From Planctomycetota bacterium (GTDB taxonomy: Bacteria > Planctomycetota > SZUA-567 > JAKLDR01): a stretch of 64,000 bases of DNA. The notes under the pieces are model-generated. The model was not told where the DNA came from and did no database searches. It saw only the letters and a program-made list of their open reading frames with translations. Position 1 is the stretch's first letter. Each line of letters opens with the position of its first letter. The stretch spans positions 23,884 to 87,883 of the forward strand of contig JAKLDR010000001.1 of assembly GCA_022703445.1 (NCBI GenBank), read 5' to 3'. The position numbers were made by a program, and so were the translations under genes. Positions 15,882 to 25,704 of the stretch are shown here, in pieces.

Positions 15882-18476
15882 ATGGCCATGAAGCACCTTG
15901 CCTTCCTGCTGAGTCCGGTCCTCCTGGCGCTCCCGAGCTCCGCGGTCCCCGCCGGCGAGGCCGGCCAGTGGACCGCCGCCGGCAAGTCCGGCGGGTCGAT
16001 GGGCGCGGCGACGGTCTGGTCGCCGACCCGCAAGCAGGTGCTCAACTGGGGGGGCCTGAGCTCCGGCAACGAGGTCCGGGCCTTCGACGGAGAGAAGTGG
16101 ACGCCCGACTACGCCGGCGACAAGGCCGGCGTCGGCGGGAACTTCTACGGCGGGCAGTCCAACGCCTCCTGGCTCGCCGGGAGCTCCCGGCCTGGGCCCT
16201 TCTTCATCTTCCGGCTGGCCTGCTGGGACTCCAAGCGCAACCGGATGGTGATCGCCGCCCACAACCTGACCGCGGCCTACGACCCCGAGAAGAAGACCTG
16301 GGAGGACTTGAAGGCCGCCTTCGAGGACCGCGAAGGGAAGCGCACCGAGGGCAAGGCTCCGGCCGGCCACGCCCAGCCCTGGTTCGGCCCGGTGCCGGTG
16401 CAGTGGGGTTCGATGGCCTACGACCCGGTCAACGACGAGGTCGTGCTCTTCCCGCAGTGGGTGACCCACACCAGCTGGGGCGACATGGGCATCTTCGGCC
16501 CGGCCGCGCCCGAGCGGCCTGAGGACGCCGGGGTCCGCGCCGGGCACTACGGCACGCTGATCTACGACTTCAAGACCAGCACCTGGAGGAACCCGGAGCT
16601 CGGCGGCAAGGAGATCCTGGGCGCGCGCTCGCGGCTGGCCGAGCTCATCGCCGGCCAGCGCGAGGCCTCCCGCTCCGGCTGGAAGGCGCTCCTGGCCCTG
16701 CGCCAGGAGAAGAAGGGCGAGGCGACCAAGCTCATGGCCGCCGCCGCTGAATCCCAGAAGGCGCTGGCCGCGAAGCTCGGCGCCGAGAAGACGGCGCTCG
16801 AGAAGCTCGCCGGCGAGCTCAAGGGCTTCGAGGCGGGTCAGGCCAAGGACGCCGCCGCCAATCTCGCCACGGTCTCCGCCCGGCTTGAGAAGGCCGCTGC
16901 CGGCTTCGCGGCCGGAAAGCCCGACGAGCTCCCGGCGCTCTGCGCGCAGCAGGGGGCCGGCTACCGCGAGCTGCGCCTGGTCCATCGCGAGGACCTCTAC
17001 GTCCAGCCCCTGCCGCGCTGCTCGACGGGCGTGGTCTACGACTCGAAGGCCAAGGGCATGGTCATGGCCGGCGGCGACCACCTCGACCGCAAGCTCGCCG
17101 ACACCTGGCTCTACGACTGCGCTACGCGTCGCTGGCAGCGCCGCGCCGCCGCGCCGGAGGCCGCCGACTGGCCGGGGATGTGTTTTGACTCCAAGCGCGG
17201 AGTCACCGTCTACGCCGCCAACCGCGGGACCTACGCCTACGATGCGGCCGCCGACAAATGGACGAAGGTCGGCGCGGGCCGCCCGGCCGGGCAGTACTGC
17301 GACATGGCCTACGACGAGGTCCGCGACGCTTACGTGCTCAATATCGGCAAGGATCGCTACGGGTCGGACGAGTCCACTTTCGTGATGACCCCGGCTGCGG
17401 GGACGCCGGCCGCGGCCGCGCCCGCCGAGCGCGAGAAGGCCGACGAGACGCCCTTCCCGCCGCCGGCCGAGCCGACGGCGCTGGAGCGCCTCAAGTCCAT
17501 GCCGGCCAACACCTGGGTCGCGGCCAAGCCCAACATCGAGGTCACCGGGCGCTCCTGGAGCACGATGAGCTGGGATGAGGGGCTCCGCTGCGTCATCTAC
17601 CAGGGCGGCGGCCACGCCGGGACCATGGACAACACGGTCAGCGCCTACTTCCCGGAGTCGAACAAGTGGGTCAACGCCTTCCCGACCCAGAACACTCCGC
17701 AGATCTTCGGCAACTGGAGTTGCGCCGGCGGCTACCCGGCCTTCGAGCGCGGCATGGGCCTTTCGCTCCACTGTCGCTTCTACGAGTCGCTCGACGGGCT
17801 CATGGTCCACGGCTGCCAGGCGGGCTTCGACTGGGTCACCCGGGAGCGGCCGCTCGACTTCAAGGCGGTCAAGGTGCCCTTCAAGTTCGCCCACGGCTTC
17901 TGCCTGTACCCCGAGAAGCGCCAGATCATCCAGGGCGGCAAGGGCGAGTACTACGATGCCAACTTCGGCCGGCAGCTGCTGGTCTGGGACCTGGATAAGG
18001 CCGAGGGCCAGGTGCTGAAGCCGGCCGGACCAGTCCCGCAGCTCAACTGCGAGTGGAGCGCCCTGGCCGTCCACCCGGACCGCGAACTGCTAGTGCTCCA
18101 CGGCGCCGGCGACCACAACAAGCGTACCGACACCGAGACCTGGACGCTCGACCTCAAGGCCCCGACCGCCTGGAAGAAGCTCGAGCTCAAGGGCACCACC
18201 CCGAGCGTGGGGATGGCCAAGCTCAGCGCCATCCCCGGAACCCCCTACATGGTCTGCGCCATGCCGGCCAGCGACGACCTCTGGGTGCTGGACCTGGACC
18301 GCTCCGCCTGGAAGCCGCTCGGCAACACCTATGAACCGGGCGCCAAGAAGAAGACCTTCGACCTCTATGGTCAGTGCGTCTGGGACCCGCACCACAAGAT
18401 CTTCGTCCGCAAGGGCGACTACGGGCACCCCACGCTGCTGATGCGGCCGGACTTCGGCGCGATCAAGTGGGAGTAG
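15882..18476 (+). CDS. Secreted Kelch-type double beta-propeller protein with helical insert, paralog A1
   Basis: ORF 15750..18476 trimmed to MAMKHLAFLLSPVLLALPSSAVPAGE|AGQW. Kelch-like blades (VVYDSKAKGMVMAGGDHLDRKLADTWLYDCATRRWQ). A ~110-aa Ala/Lys/Glu-rich helical insert. Second module begins LKSMPANTWVAAKP...YQGGGHAGTMDN. Tail: MRPDFGAIKWE. Confidence 0.9.
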   Translation: MAMKHLAFLLSPVLLALPSSAVPAGEAGQWTAAGKSGGSMGAATVWSPTRKQVLNWGGLSSGNEVRAFDGEKWTPDYAGDKAGVGGNFYGGQSNASWLAGSSRPGPFFIFRLACWDSKRNRMVIAAHNLTAAYDPEKKTWEDLKAAFEDREGKRTEGKAPAGHAQPWFGPVPVQWGSMAYDPVNDEVVLFPQWVTHTSWGDMGIFGPAAPERPEDAGVRAGHYGTLIYDFKTSTWRNPELGGKEILGARSRLAELIAGQREASRSGWKALLALRQEKKGEATKLMAAAAESQKALAAKLGAEKTALEKLAGELKGFEAGQAKDAAANLATVSARLEKAAAGFAAGKPDELPALCAQQGAGYRELRLVHREDLYVQPLPRCSTGVVYDSKAKGMVMAGGDHLDRKLADTWLYDCATRRWQRRAAAPEAADWPGMCFDSKRGVTVYAANRGTYAYDAAADKWTKVGAGRPAGQYCDMAYDEVRDAYVLNIGKDRYGSDESTFVMTPAAGTPAAAAPAEREKADETPFPPPAEPTALERLKSMPANTWVAAKPNIEVTGRSWSTMSWDEGLRCVIYQGGGHAGTMDNTVSAYFPESNKWVNAFPTQNTPQIFGNWSCAGGYPAFERGMGLSLHCRFYESLDGLMVHGCQAGFDWVTRERPLDFKAVKVPFKFAHGFCLYPEKRQIIQGGKGEYYDANFGRQLLVWDLDKAEGQVLKPAGPVPQLNCEWSALAVHPDRELLVLHGAGDHNKRTDTETWTLDLKAPTAWKKLELKGTTPSVGMAKLSAIPGTPYMVCAMPASDDLWVLDLDRSAWKPLGNTYEPGAKKKTFDLYGQCVWDPHHKIFVRKGDYGHPTLLMRPDFGAIKWE

Positions 18477-18487
18477 GAGGACTGACG

Positions 18488-21139
18488 ATGAAGGCTGTCT
18501 TGGCGCTGGGGCTGACGTTCACCCTCGGCGCGGCGTTGGCCGCGTCCGCCGGCGAAGACGTCCCGGCCAACACCTGGGTCACGGTCGGCAACGAGCCCGG
18601 CGGCGGCACTTCGGCCGGCCTCGTCTACCTGCCCGAGCAGAAGGGCATGCTGCTCTACGGCCGGCGCGACGGGAAGAACGCCAACCGCTACTGGGTCGAG
18701 GTGTTCAAGATCGCCGATCGCAAGTGGGAGGAGTGGGTGCCCGAGGCCGGGCGGCTCTCGGCCCAGAACGCCCGCGGCTCCTGCTACACCCAGTGGAAGA
18801 CCGAGAAGGGCTACGAGATGCCCTTCCTGCCATATTACAACTGCTGCTTCTGGTCGGCGCACCAGATGTGCCCCCTGCCCGACGAGAAGAAGGTCCTCTA
18901 CTTCTGGGGCGGCTCGACCTTCAAGTACGACCCGGCCAAGCGGACCTTCGAGAACTTGAAGATCGGCCTGGCCGCCGCGCCGCCCGACGTGATGCTCGGC
19001 ACCATGGCCTGGGACCCGGTCAACAAGGAGGCGGTGCTCTTCGGCGGCGGCTACATCAAGGCCCACCAGGTGCCATCGCGCAGCGACACCAAGCAGGAGA
19101 AGCAGCCCGACGCCTGGACCCCCGACAAGTGGGACCGCCGCGGCACCTGGGCCTTCAGCCCGGAGAAGAACTCCTGGCGGAAGCTCGAGACCGCCTCCAA
19201 GGAGATCGCCGAGGCCAACGCGAAGCTCCTGGACGCCGGCAAGGAGTTGCGCACGCTCTGGGGCGCGACCCGCGGCATCGCCTTCGAGCACGGCGACCTG
19301 GTCCTTGGCAAGAAGCCCGAGGATCTCGCCGCGCTCGTCGACAAGCTCGCCACCGACCTGGCCGCCTTCGCCAAGGACTCGGGCGGCAAGGGCGCCGACG
19401 CCTACGAGAAGTGGCAGTTCTCGACCGCCGCCGGGCTCATCGCGAAGGATGTGTCCACCAGGCTCAGGGCGGCCGCCGAGGCCCTCAAGGCCGCCGACGG
19501 CTGGAAGGCTCTGGGGGCGCTCGACACTGCCGAGCAGGTGCTCATCATGGCCCAGGAGGCGCTGGCCGTGGCCCCGCGGCCGCGGAACTACTCCCGTATG
19601 GTGCTCGACCCCGGGAACAAGGTTCTGGTGCTCTTCGGCGGCGACGGCGAGGACCGCTTCTTCGCCGACACTTGGCTGCTGCACCTGGCCACCGGGCGCT
19701 GGGAGCGCTGCCGGCCGGCCGCCCATCCGCCGGAGGTCGGCTCGGCGATGGTCGCGATGGACTACGACTCGAAGAACAAGGTCATCGTCCTGGCACACCA
19801 GTCCGCCGGGCTCTGGGCCTTCGACGCCGCCAAGCGCGAATGGAGGAAGCTCGAGGTCGCCGGCGAGTTCGCCCGGAAGGGCAAGGGCGGCACTTGGATG
19901 AGCCTGGAGTACTCGCCGGAGGACGACCTCCACGTGCTCGTGGACATGCCCCCGGCCTACGAGGGCCCGGCCCGGCGGACTCAGCTGCTGCGCCTCGACC
20001 TCAAGTCGGCCAAGGTCGCCGAGGCCCCGGCGGGCGGCAACGAAGAGGTCTGGCGTCCCCAGTACGGCGCGGGTTCGGGCGGCCCGGCCAACAAGTACGA
20101 CCTGGCCTGGAGCTTCCTGCCCAAGACCCAGGAGGAGTACCGCCAGAAGGTCGCCGCGCACAAGAAGCTGCTCGACGCCGTCCCGGACAACACCTGGACG
20201 CAGCTGCCCCACGTCTACAGCGGCTGGGGCCGGGCCTACGGCTCCTTCTGCTACGACTGGGACCGCGATGAACTCATCCTCTGGGGCGGAGGCCACTCGG
20301 CCTACATGGGCAACGAGGTCAGCCAGTACGATCTGGCCGGCAACCTCTGGATGGAGTCCTGGAACGCCGAGTACCCTTGCCACCCGCACGGTAGCCCCGA
20401 TGGCGAAGGGTGGGCACCGCAGTTCCAGCACGTGGTTGGCTCGGGCCACGGCTACTACAACTACAGCTACAGCGGAGTGCTCAAGAAGGTCGTCTTCTGG
20501 GGCTCGATCCTCTACGACCCGGACCGGATGCGCTACGCCCCGGAGCGGATCAAGATCCAGCAGGAGAACCCGGGGCAGGGCATAGGCATCCGCGTGGAGG
20601 GCAACGGCGCCCCCGAGACCTACTCGGTCAGCGCCCAGCACTGGTACGGCGGGCCGTTCGGCGTGTGGCTGGCCGACCCCAAGGCCATGACCAACGCGCG
20701 GCTCAAGGGCAGCGACACGCCCTTCGGAACCAACGATCGCGCCAAGGCGACCTTCGACACCAAGCGCAAGCGGGTGCTCTTCTACGGCGCCACGAACTCC
20801 AAGGAGAAGGGCGGCAGGTGCAACGCGCTCTGGGCCTATTCGGTCGAGGGCGGCAAGTGGGAGAAGCTCGAGCCCAAGACCGAGCCCGAGGGCGCCGAGG
20901 CGCCGGCCATCGAGGCCTGGAACTACTGCTACTCGCCGAAGCACGACGGGCTGCTCATCCCGACGAAGGCCGCCACCTGGTTCTACGACTGCGAGAAGAA
21001 CGTGATGAGGAAGCTCGAGTGCAAGCCGGTGGGGACCGATGCGGGCGTGATCTACTCGCCGAAGCAGGATCTCTTCTACCTGCTCGACGGGAACGGCTAC
21101 GCCCAGCAGAAGGTCTGGGTTCTCCGGTTGAAGCCCTGA
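18488..21139 (+). CDS. Secreted Kelch-type double beta-propeller protein, paralog A2
   Basis: ORF 18374..21139 trimmed to MKAVLALGLTFTLGAALAASAGE|DVPANTWV. Same architecture as A1: Kelch blades, helical insert (EIAEANAKLLDAGKELRTLW...), and a second module AVPDNTWTQLP...LWGGGHSAYMGNEV. The tail differs (VWVLRLKP). Confidence 0.9.
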   Translation: MKAVLALGLTFTLGAALAASAGEDVPANTWVTVGNEPGGGTSAGLVYLPEQKGMLLYGRRDGKNANRYWVEVFKIADRKWEEWVPEAGRLSAQNARGSCYTQWKTEKGYEMPFLPYYNCCFWSAHQMCPLPDEKKVLYFWGGSTFKYDPAKRTFENLKIGLAAAPPDVMLGTMAWDPVNKEAVLFGGGYIKAHQVPSRSDTKQEKQPDAWTPDKWDRRGTWAFSPEKNSWRKLETASKEIAEANAKLLDAGKELRTLWGATRGIAFEHGDLVLGKKPEDLAALVDKLATDLAAFAKDSGGKGADAYEKWQFSTAAGLIAKDVSTRLRAAAEALKAADGWKALGALDTAEQVLIMAQEALAVAPRPRNYSRMVLDPGNKVLVLFGGDGEDRFFADTWLLHLATGRWERCRPAAHPPEVGSAMVAMDYDSKNKVIVLAHQSAGLWAFDAAKREWRKLEVAGEFARKGKGGTWMSLEYSPEDDLHVLVDMPPAYEGPARRTQLLRLDLKSAKVAEAPAGGNEEVWRPQYGAGSGGPANKYDLAWSFLPKTQEEYRQKVAAHKKLLDAVPDNTWTQLPHVYSGWGRAYGSFCYDWDRDELILWGGGHSAYMGNEVSQYDLAGNLWMESWNAEYPCHPHGSPDGEGWAPQFQHVVGSGHGYYNYSYSGVLKKVVFWGSILYDPDRMRYAPERIKIQQENPGQGIGIRVEGNGAPETYSVSAQHWYGGPFGVWLADPKAMTNARLKGSDTPFGTNDRAKATFDTKRKRVLFYGATNSKEKGGRCNALWAYSVEGGKWEKLEPKTEPEGAEAPAIEAWNYCYSPKHDGLLIPTKAATWFYDCEKNVMRKLECKPVGTDAGVIYSPKQDLFYLLDGNGYAQQKVWVLRLKP

Positions 21140-21169
21140 GGTCGGAAGGGAAGGGGAGAGGGCCAACTC

Positions 21170-23140
21170 GTGACGCCACACCTCGAGGTCAAGCGCCGCT
21201 ACCGCGTGCCCGACGTGCGCCTGCGCATCGTCAACACCGAGATGGCGGTCATCGGCCGCCGCGCCGCCGGGCAGTGGCTGGCCACCGCCGCCTACTCCAA
21301 CCGCGGCGGCCAGCTCGTGCTCATCCGGCCCGACGGCCGCGAGCACCGGGTCATCGCCACTGGGCACGCTGGCATGATGCTCCAGGCCGACGAGCGGGGC
21401 CGCCTGGTGTTCGGGATCCGGGATCTGGCCCGCTTCGACCCGACCACCGGGCGCATCGCGATCCTGGCTCGGAAGGCCAATTCCGGGATCTGGGGCGGTT
21501 GCGTCACGCGCAGGCTGATCGTGGCCGGCGCCTCCACGCCGGACGGGATGCTCAGCGTCTACGACCGGGCAAGCCGGCGGGTCGTCAAGCAGTGGGCGCC
21601 GCTGCACCCGCGGGCCTTCTACCACTACCGCGCGCTGGAGGCGCCCGACGGCCGGGTGCTGGTCATGTCCAGCCTGCCCAACGCGGTCCTCACCCTGCTC
21701 GACCAGGCGAACCTGGAGGTCGAGCCCTTCGAGCCGCCCGCGATCAAGGGGATGAGCGGCTGCCAGGGCGGGCAGTTCCTGGCGCCGAGCCTCTTCTATC
21801 TGCACTCCGGAGCGCGCGCTTTCCTGCTCCGCTATCCCGGCTTCGAGACGATCGCCGAGATCCCCGCGCCCCGCGGCGTGAACGCCTGGAGCCGCAAGAC
21901 AGTGATTCTCGGCGGCCGCGTCGTGGCCTGGGGCCACGGCACCAACCGCTTCTTCGTCCTCGACGCCGCGCGGCGCCGGTGGCGGCCGCTGGTCGACGAG
22001 CCGGTGCTGCCGCTCAATCCCGAGCTGCCGGAGAACTGCGACACCTTCGCGGCGCTCGGCGACGGGGCCATTGCCGGGATCACCTCGACGGGCCTCTTCT
22101 TCCGGATCGCGAAGGGCGCGCGCCGGGCCGAGACCCGGCAGATCGAGATCGCCGGCCCGGTCCACGGCGCGCCGCTCCTGGTGGTCCGGGACGGGCGGGT
22201 CCAGAAGGCCTACGGCTCGGCCCACGTCAACCAGCGGCTCTGGGATGTGGACCTCGGCACCGGCCGGGGCCGGGATCTGGGCGACTCCGGGCCCGGCGGC
22301 GGGCAGATCAACGACCTGTTCTGGGACGCCAAGCGCCGGCGGGTCTACATGGGCAGCTACACCACCTGCACGCTGATCGAGTACGATCCGGCGCGCGGCG
22401 GGCGCTTCCCGGAGAACCCGCGCGAGCTGGCCCGGGTCGGCCACGGCCAGATGCGGCCATTGCAGTTGATTCACGACGGGGACTTCGCCTGGATGACCAG
22501 TTCCCCCTACTACGGGACGCTGGGCGGGGCCTTGAGCCGCATCGGGCTCGGCACCGGCCGGGTCCGCGTCTTCCGCGACCTGGTCGCCGGCCAGACGCCG
22601 ACGGCCATGCTGCTCTCCCGCGACCGCCGCACGATGTATCTGTCCATGACCGTGGAGGGCGACTGCGGCTCGGCCATCGTCGAGGCCCGGAGCGCGCACC
22701 TGGTGGTCTTCGACGCCCGCAAGCTCCGGGTGGTCCGCTCCTTCGCGCCGTTCCGCCAGGTGCCCCGGATGCTCCTGCGGGCGCTGCTGGCCGACGGGCG
22801 GCTGCTCTTCCAGGACGGCGGCAACTTCGAGGCCGGCGCGGTCCTCTGGACCTGGGACCCGCGCGATGACGCCGTCCGCCGCGTGGGCCTGGCTCCCGCG
22901 GGACTCCGCCAGGTGCTCACCGGCCCGGGCGGTCGAGGTCTGTGGGCCACCGGCTGCGAGGGCGTGGGGCCGCTGGTGCTCGGCGACCCCTGCCGGATCG
23001 AGCCGGCCGCGGACCCGACGATCTCGCGGCGGGCCTTCGACCGGGTCTGCAAGCATCTCCAGTGGGTCGGACCTGAGCTCTGGCTCATCACCGGCCCGGA
23101 AATCCTGTGTCTGACAGCGAAGCGCGGAGGAAGGCAATGA
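21170..23140 (+). CDS. Cytoplasmic beta-propeller-like protein of unknown function (656 aa, no signal peptide)
   Basis: GTG start with GGAGAGG upstream. Repetitive beta-strand-rich sequence (GRLVFGIRD.., GRVLVMSS.., GRVVAWGHGTNRFFVLD.., RRVYMGSYTTCTLIEYD..). ATGA stop/start overlap with 23137..25692. No family recognised. Confidence 0.7.
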   Translation: MTPHLEVKRRYRVPDVRLRIVNTEMAVIGRRAAGQWLATAAYSNRGGQLVLIRPDGREHRVIATGHAGMMLQADERGRLVFGIRDLARFDPTTGRIAILARKANSGIWGGCVTRRLIVAGASTPDGMLSVYDRASRRVVKQWAPLHPRAFYHYRALEAPDGRVLVMSSLPNAVLTLLDQANLEVEPFEPPAIKGMSGCQGGQFLAPSLFYLHSGARAFLLRYPGFETIAEIPAPRGVNAWSRKTVILGGRVVAWGHGTNRFFVLDAARRRWRPLVDEPVLPLNPELPENCDTFAALGDGAIAGITSTGLFFRIAKGARRAETRQIEIAGPVHGAPLLVVRDGRVQKAYGSAHVNQRLWDVDLGTGRGRDLGDSGPGGGQINDLFWDAKRRRVYMGSYTTCTLIEYDPARGGRFPENPRELARVGHGQMRPLQLIHDGDFAWMTSSPYYGTLGGALSRIGLGTGRVRVFRDLVAGQTPTAMLLSRDRRTMYLSMTVEGDCGSAIVEARSAHLVVFDARKLRVVRSFAPFRQVPRMLLRALLADGRLLFQDGGNFEAGAVLWTWDPRDDAVRRVGLAPAGLRQVLTGPGGRGLWATGCEGVGPLVLGDPCRIEPAADPTISRRAFDRVCKHLQWVGPELWLITGPEILCLTAKRGGRQ

Positions 23141-25692
23141 GCGAACCGAGAATGCGCAGTCTGTTGATTGCGGCGGCCGCGCTGGCAGTCTCCTGGAGCG
23201 CGTCGGCCGGCGAGGCCCCGGGCTTCGCTGCCAAGCCGACCGCCGCCTCCGAGTCCGGCGGGGCGCGTATCAGCTTCGAGGCCGCCGCGCCGACCGACGT
23301 GGCCGTGGAGGTTCTGGACGCCAAGGGCGCGGTGGTCCGCCACCTGGCCGCCGGCGTCCTCGGCGACAATCCCCCCGAGCCGCTGGCCAAGGGCCTCAAG
23401 CAGTCGCTGGCCTGGGACGGCAAGGACGACGCCGGCAAGCCGGCCGCGGGCGGGCCCTTCAAGGCCCGGGTGCGCCTCGGGCTCCGCGCGGACTTCGACC
23501 GCTTCATCCTCGACCCCAAGGAGGGCAAGCCCTCCGGCCCGATCCAGCCGATGCTGGCGGCCGGCGAGAAGAACGGCCTGGCTGTCGACAGCAAGGGCAA
23601 CCTCCACGTGCTCCTGACTTACGGCACAGCGGGCATCGCCGGGCGCACCGAGAACCGGCTGGTGGTGCTCTCGCCGGAGGGCAAGTACCTGCGCACCACC
23701 GTGCCCTTCCGGGCCAACGTCGCCCGCGAGAAGCTCGCCGGAGTCGACTTCATCTCCGCCGAGCCGGGCCGGCTGTTTCCGCGAATATACGAGCGGGTCT
23801 GCACCACGGTCCTGCCGCAGTTCGAGTCGCTTCCGCCCCAGACCATGGCCATGACCGCCGACGACCGGCTGGTGTTCTCGAGCGGCTGGGCCACGGAGCT
23901 CTATGGCTTCGGGCCACGCTCCCTGCTCGTGATCAACGCCGACGGCAGCATCCCCCGCGAGCGGTTCAACGGCCCGGTCCTGGTCAATGGCATTGCCAGC
24001 GGCATCGCCCACATCGGGGTCAGCCCCGACGGCAAGTACGCCTACGTGACCGGGCTGGCCGACGAGCGCTACTATGACCCGGACAAGTATGCCAAGAACC
24101 TGCACCAGACCGTGCTCCGCGTGGAGCTCAAGGTCGACGCCAAGCCCGAGGTCTTCTTCGGAAAGCACAAGACCGCCGGCGCGGGCCAGGACCTGCTCAA
24201 CGACCCGCGCGGCCTGGCGGTCGACGGCAAGGGGCAGGTCTACGTCTCCGACCTGGGGAACGACCGGGTGGTGGTGCTCTCGCCGGAGGGCAAGCTCGTC
24301 CGGGAGATCAAGGTCCCCGACCCGGCCGCCCTGGCCGTGCACCCCAAAGGCGAGGCCCTCTACGTCTTCTCGGTGCCGGCGGCCGGGGGCTCCGGCCTGA
24401 TCAAGCTCGACGCCGACGGCAAGCAGGTGTGGCGCCAGCCCGTGGGCCCAACGGCGCGCAGCCGGCCGATGCAGCACCCATCGCTGGCCATCGACACCCG
24501 CGGCGCGCAGACCGTCGTCTACCTGGGCTCGAACAGCGAGTACAACAAGTACCGGCTGCTCAAGCTCGCCGACCAGGGAGACAAGTGCGACGTCTCCGAG
24601 CTCCTGCCGGCCACGGCTGGCTTCGGCGACTCGGTGGCCTCGGTGACGCCCGATGACACTCTCTACGTGCGCCAAGCCGCCGGGCCCTCGGCGGCGAACT
24701 CCTTCCTCGAGAACGGCGCGACCGGCGAGAGGAAGCCCTGGTGGCCGAAGTACTACGATCGCGTCGGGATCGGCCGCGACGGCCTGGTCTACACCTACCA
24801 GATCGACAAGCCCAAGAAGGGCGACGTTCGGATCGCTCGGGCCGCGCTGGGGGGCGAGCCGCGGCCCTTCGCCACCGACGACAAGCTCTCCGAGCCGGCG
24901 ATCGGCTCCTTCTGGGCCGGCCGGCGCGGCAACCTCTTCGTCACGCCCGGCGGGGAGATGTACTACCTGGAGTACGGCGAGCAGGGCGGCGGCAAGACCT
25001 CGATCCTCCACTACGGGGCCGACGGCAAGCTGGCCGGCACGCCGGTGACCGGGCTGCTCGGGCCCATCGGCGTCCGGGTCGACCGCAAGGGCAACATCTA
25101 CACCGCCGACAACCTCAAGCCCGCCGGTGTCTATTGGCCCAAGGAGATGGACGCCTTCATCTCCAAGCTCGACAAGAAGGGTCGGGACGAGTACGCCGAG
25201 GCCTACGGCGCGATCCTCAAGTTCGGGCCCAAGGGCGGGAAGATCACGGCCGGGGCCGCCGGAGCGGGCTCCCGCGCCATGGAGATCTGCGCCGGCGAGA
25301 AGAAGTTCGCCGTCGAGGGCCTGATCGACTGCTACGTGGGGGTGAGCCCGCTCGCCCCGCTTCGCACTGGCTTCAAGTCGAAGTGCTGGTGCCTGGGGGC
25401 CGGCTTCACCCTCGACGCCCACGACCGGCTCTTCGTGCCGGACTCGGCGCGCTTCCGGGTCCAGGTGCTCGACTCGAACTTCAATCCGATCACCAGCTTC
25501 GGCGGCTACGACAGCATCGACGCACCCCAGGGCAGGGCCAACTCGCCCGGGCCAGAGATCTCCTTCGAGTGCCCTCTGTCCGTGAGCGTCTCGGACGCGG
25601 CCGCCTACGTCTACGACGCCGCGCCCTGCGCCCGGCGGACCATGCGCCTCAAGCTGACCTGTGCGGCGGAAGACACCTGTCCCTTGCCATAG
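23137..25692 (+). CDS. Secreted NHL-type beta-propeller family protein, paralog c
   Basis: ORF 23107..25692 trimmed to MSEPRMRSLLIAAAALAVSWSASAGE|APGFAAKP. Colinear with paralog b throughout: LNDPRGLAVDGKGQVYVSDLGNDRVVVLSPEG; KCWCLGAGFTLDAHDRLFVPDSARFRVQVLDSN; tail CAAEDTCPLP. Confidence 0.9.
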   Translation: MSEPRMRSLLIAAAALAVSWSASAGEAPGFAAKPTAASESGGARISFEAAAPTDVAVEVLDAKGAVVRHLAAGVLGDNPPEPLAKGLKQSLAWDGKDDAGKPAAGGPFKARVRLGLRADFDRFILDPKEGKPSGPIQPMLAAGEKNGLAVDSKGNLHVLLTYGTAGIAGRTENRLVVLSPEGKYLRTTVPFRANVAREKLAGVDFISAEPGRLFPRIYERVCTTVLPQFESLPPQTMAMTADDRLVFSSGWATELYGFGPRSLLVINADGSIPRERFNGPVLVNGIASGIAHIGVSPDGKYAYVTGLADERYYDPDKYAKNLHQTVLRVELKVDAKPEVFFGKHKTAGAGQDLLNDPRGLAVDGKGQVYVSDLGNDRVVVLSPEGKLVREIKVPDPAALAVHPKGEALYVFSVPAAGGSGLIKLDADGKQVWRQPVGPTARSRPMQHPSLAIDTRGAQTVVYLGSNSEYNKYRLLKLADQGDKCDVSELLPATAGFGDSVASVTPDDTLYVRQAAGPSAANSFLENGATGERKPWWPKYYDRVGIGRDGLVYTYQIDKPKKGDVRIARAALGGEPRPFATDDKLSEPAIGSFWAGRRGNLFVTPGGEMYYLEYGEQGGGKTSILHYGADGKLAGTPVTGLLGPIGVRVDRKGNIYTADNLKPAGVYWPKEMDAFISKLDKKGRDEYAEAYGAILKFGPKGGKITAGAAGAGSRAMEICAGEKKFAVEGLIDCYVGVSPLAPLRTGFKSKCWCLGAGFTLDAHDRLFVPDSARFRVQVLDSNFNPITSFGGYDSIDAPQGRANSPGPEISFECPLSVSVSDAAAYVYDAAPCARRTMRLKLTCAAEDTCPLP

Positions 25693-25704
25693 GAGCCTGC
25701 CCCG

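Noticed and set aside
15840-18074. 744-aa minus-strand ORF. The same reasoning covers the many 100-550-aa overlapping ORFs in alternative frames across the window, including 61036..63459 (807 aa), 59804..61372, 13213..14637, 45776..47293 and 49767..51386.
   Set aside because: All overlap better-supported genes, are Arg/Pro/Gly/Ala-biased, and lack motifs or paralogs. They were rejected as GC-driven spurious frames.
18419-23137. 1572-aa ORF on the minus strand
   Set aside because: It is antisense to Kelch A2 and the 656-aa propeller-like gene. It has the same Arg/Gly/Pro-rich shadow composition and no signal, motif or paralogy, whereas the + strand genes have paralogs and clean motifs.
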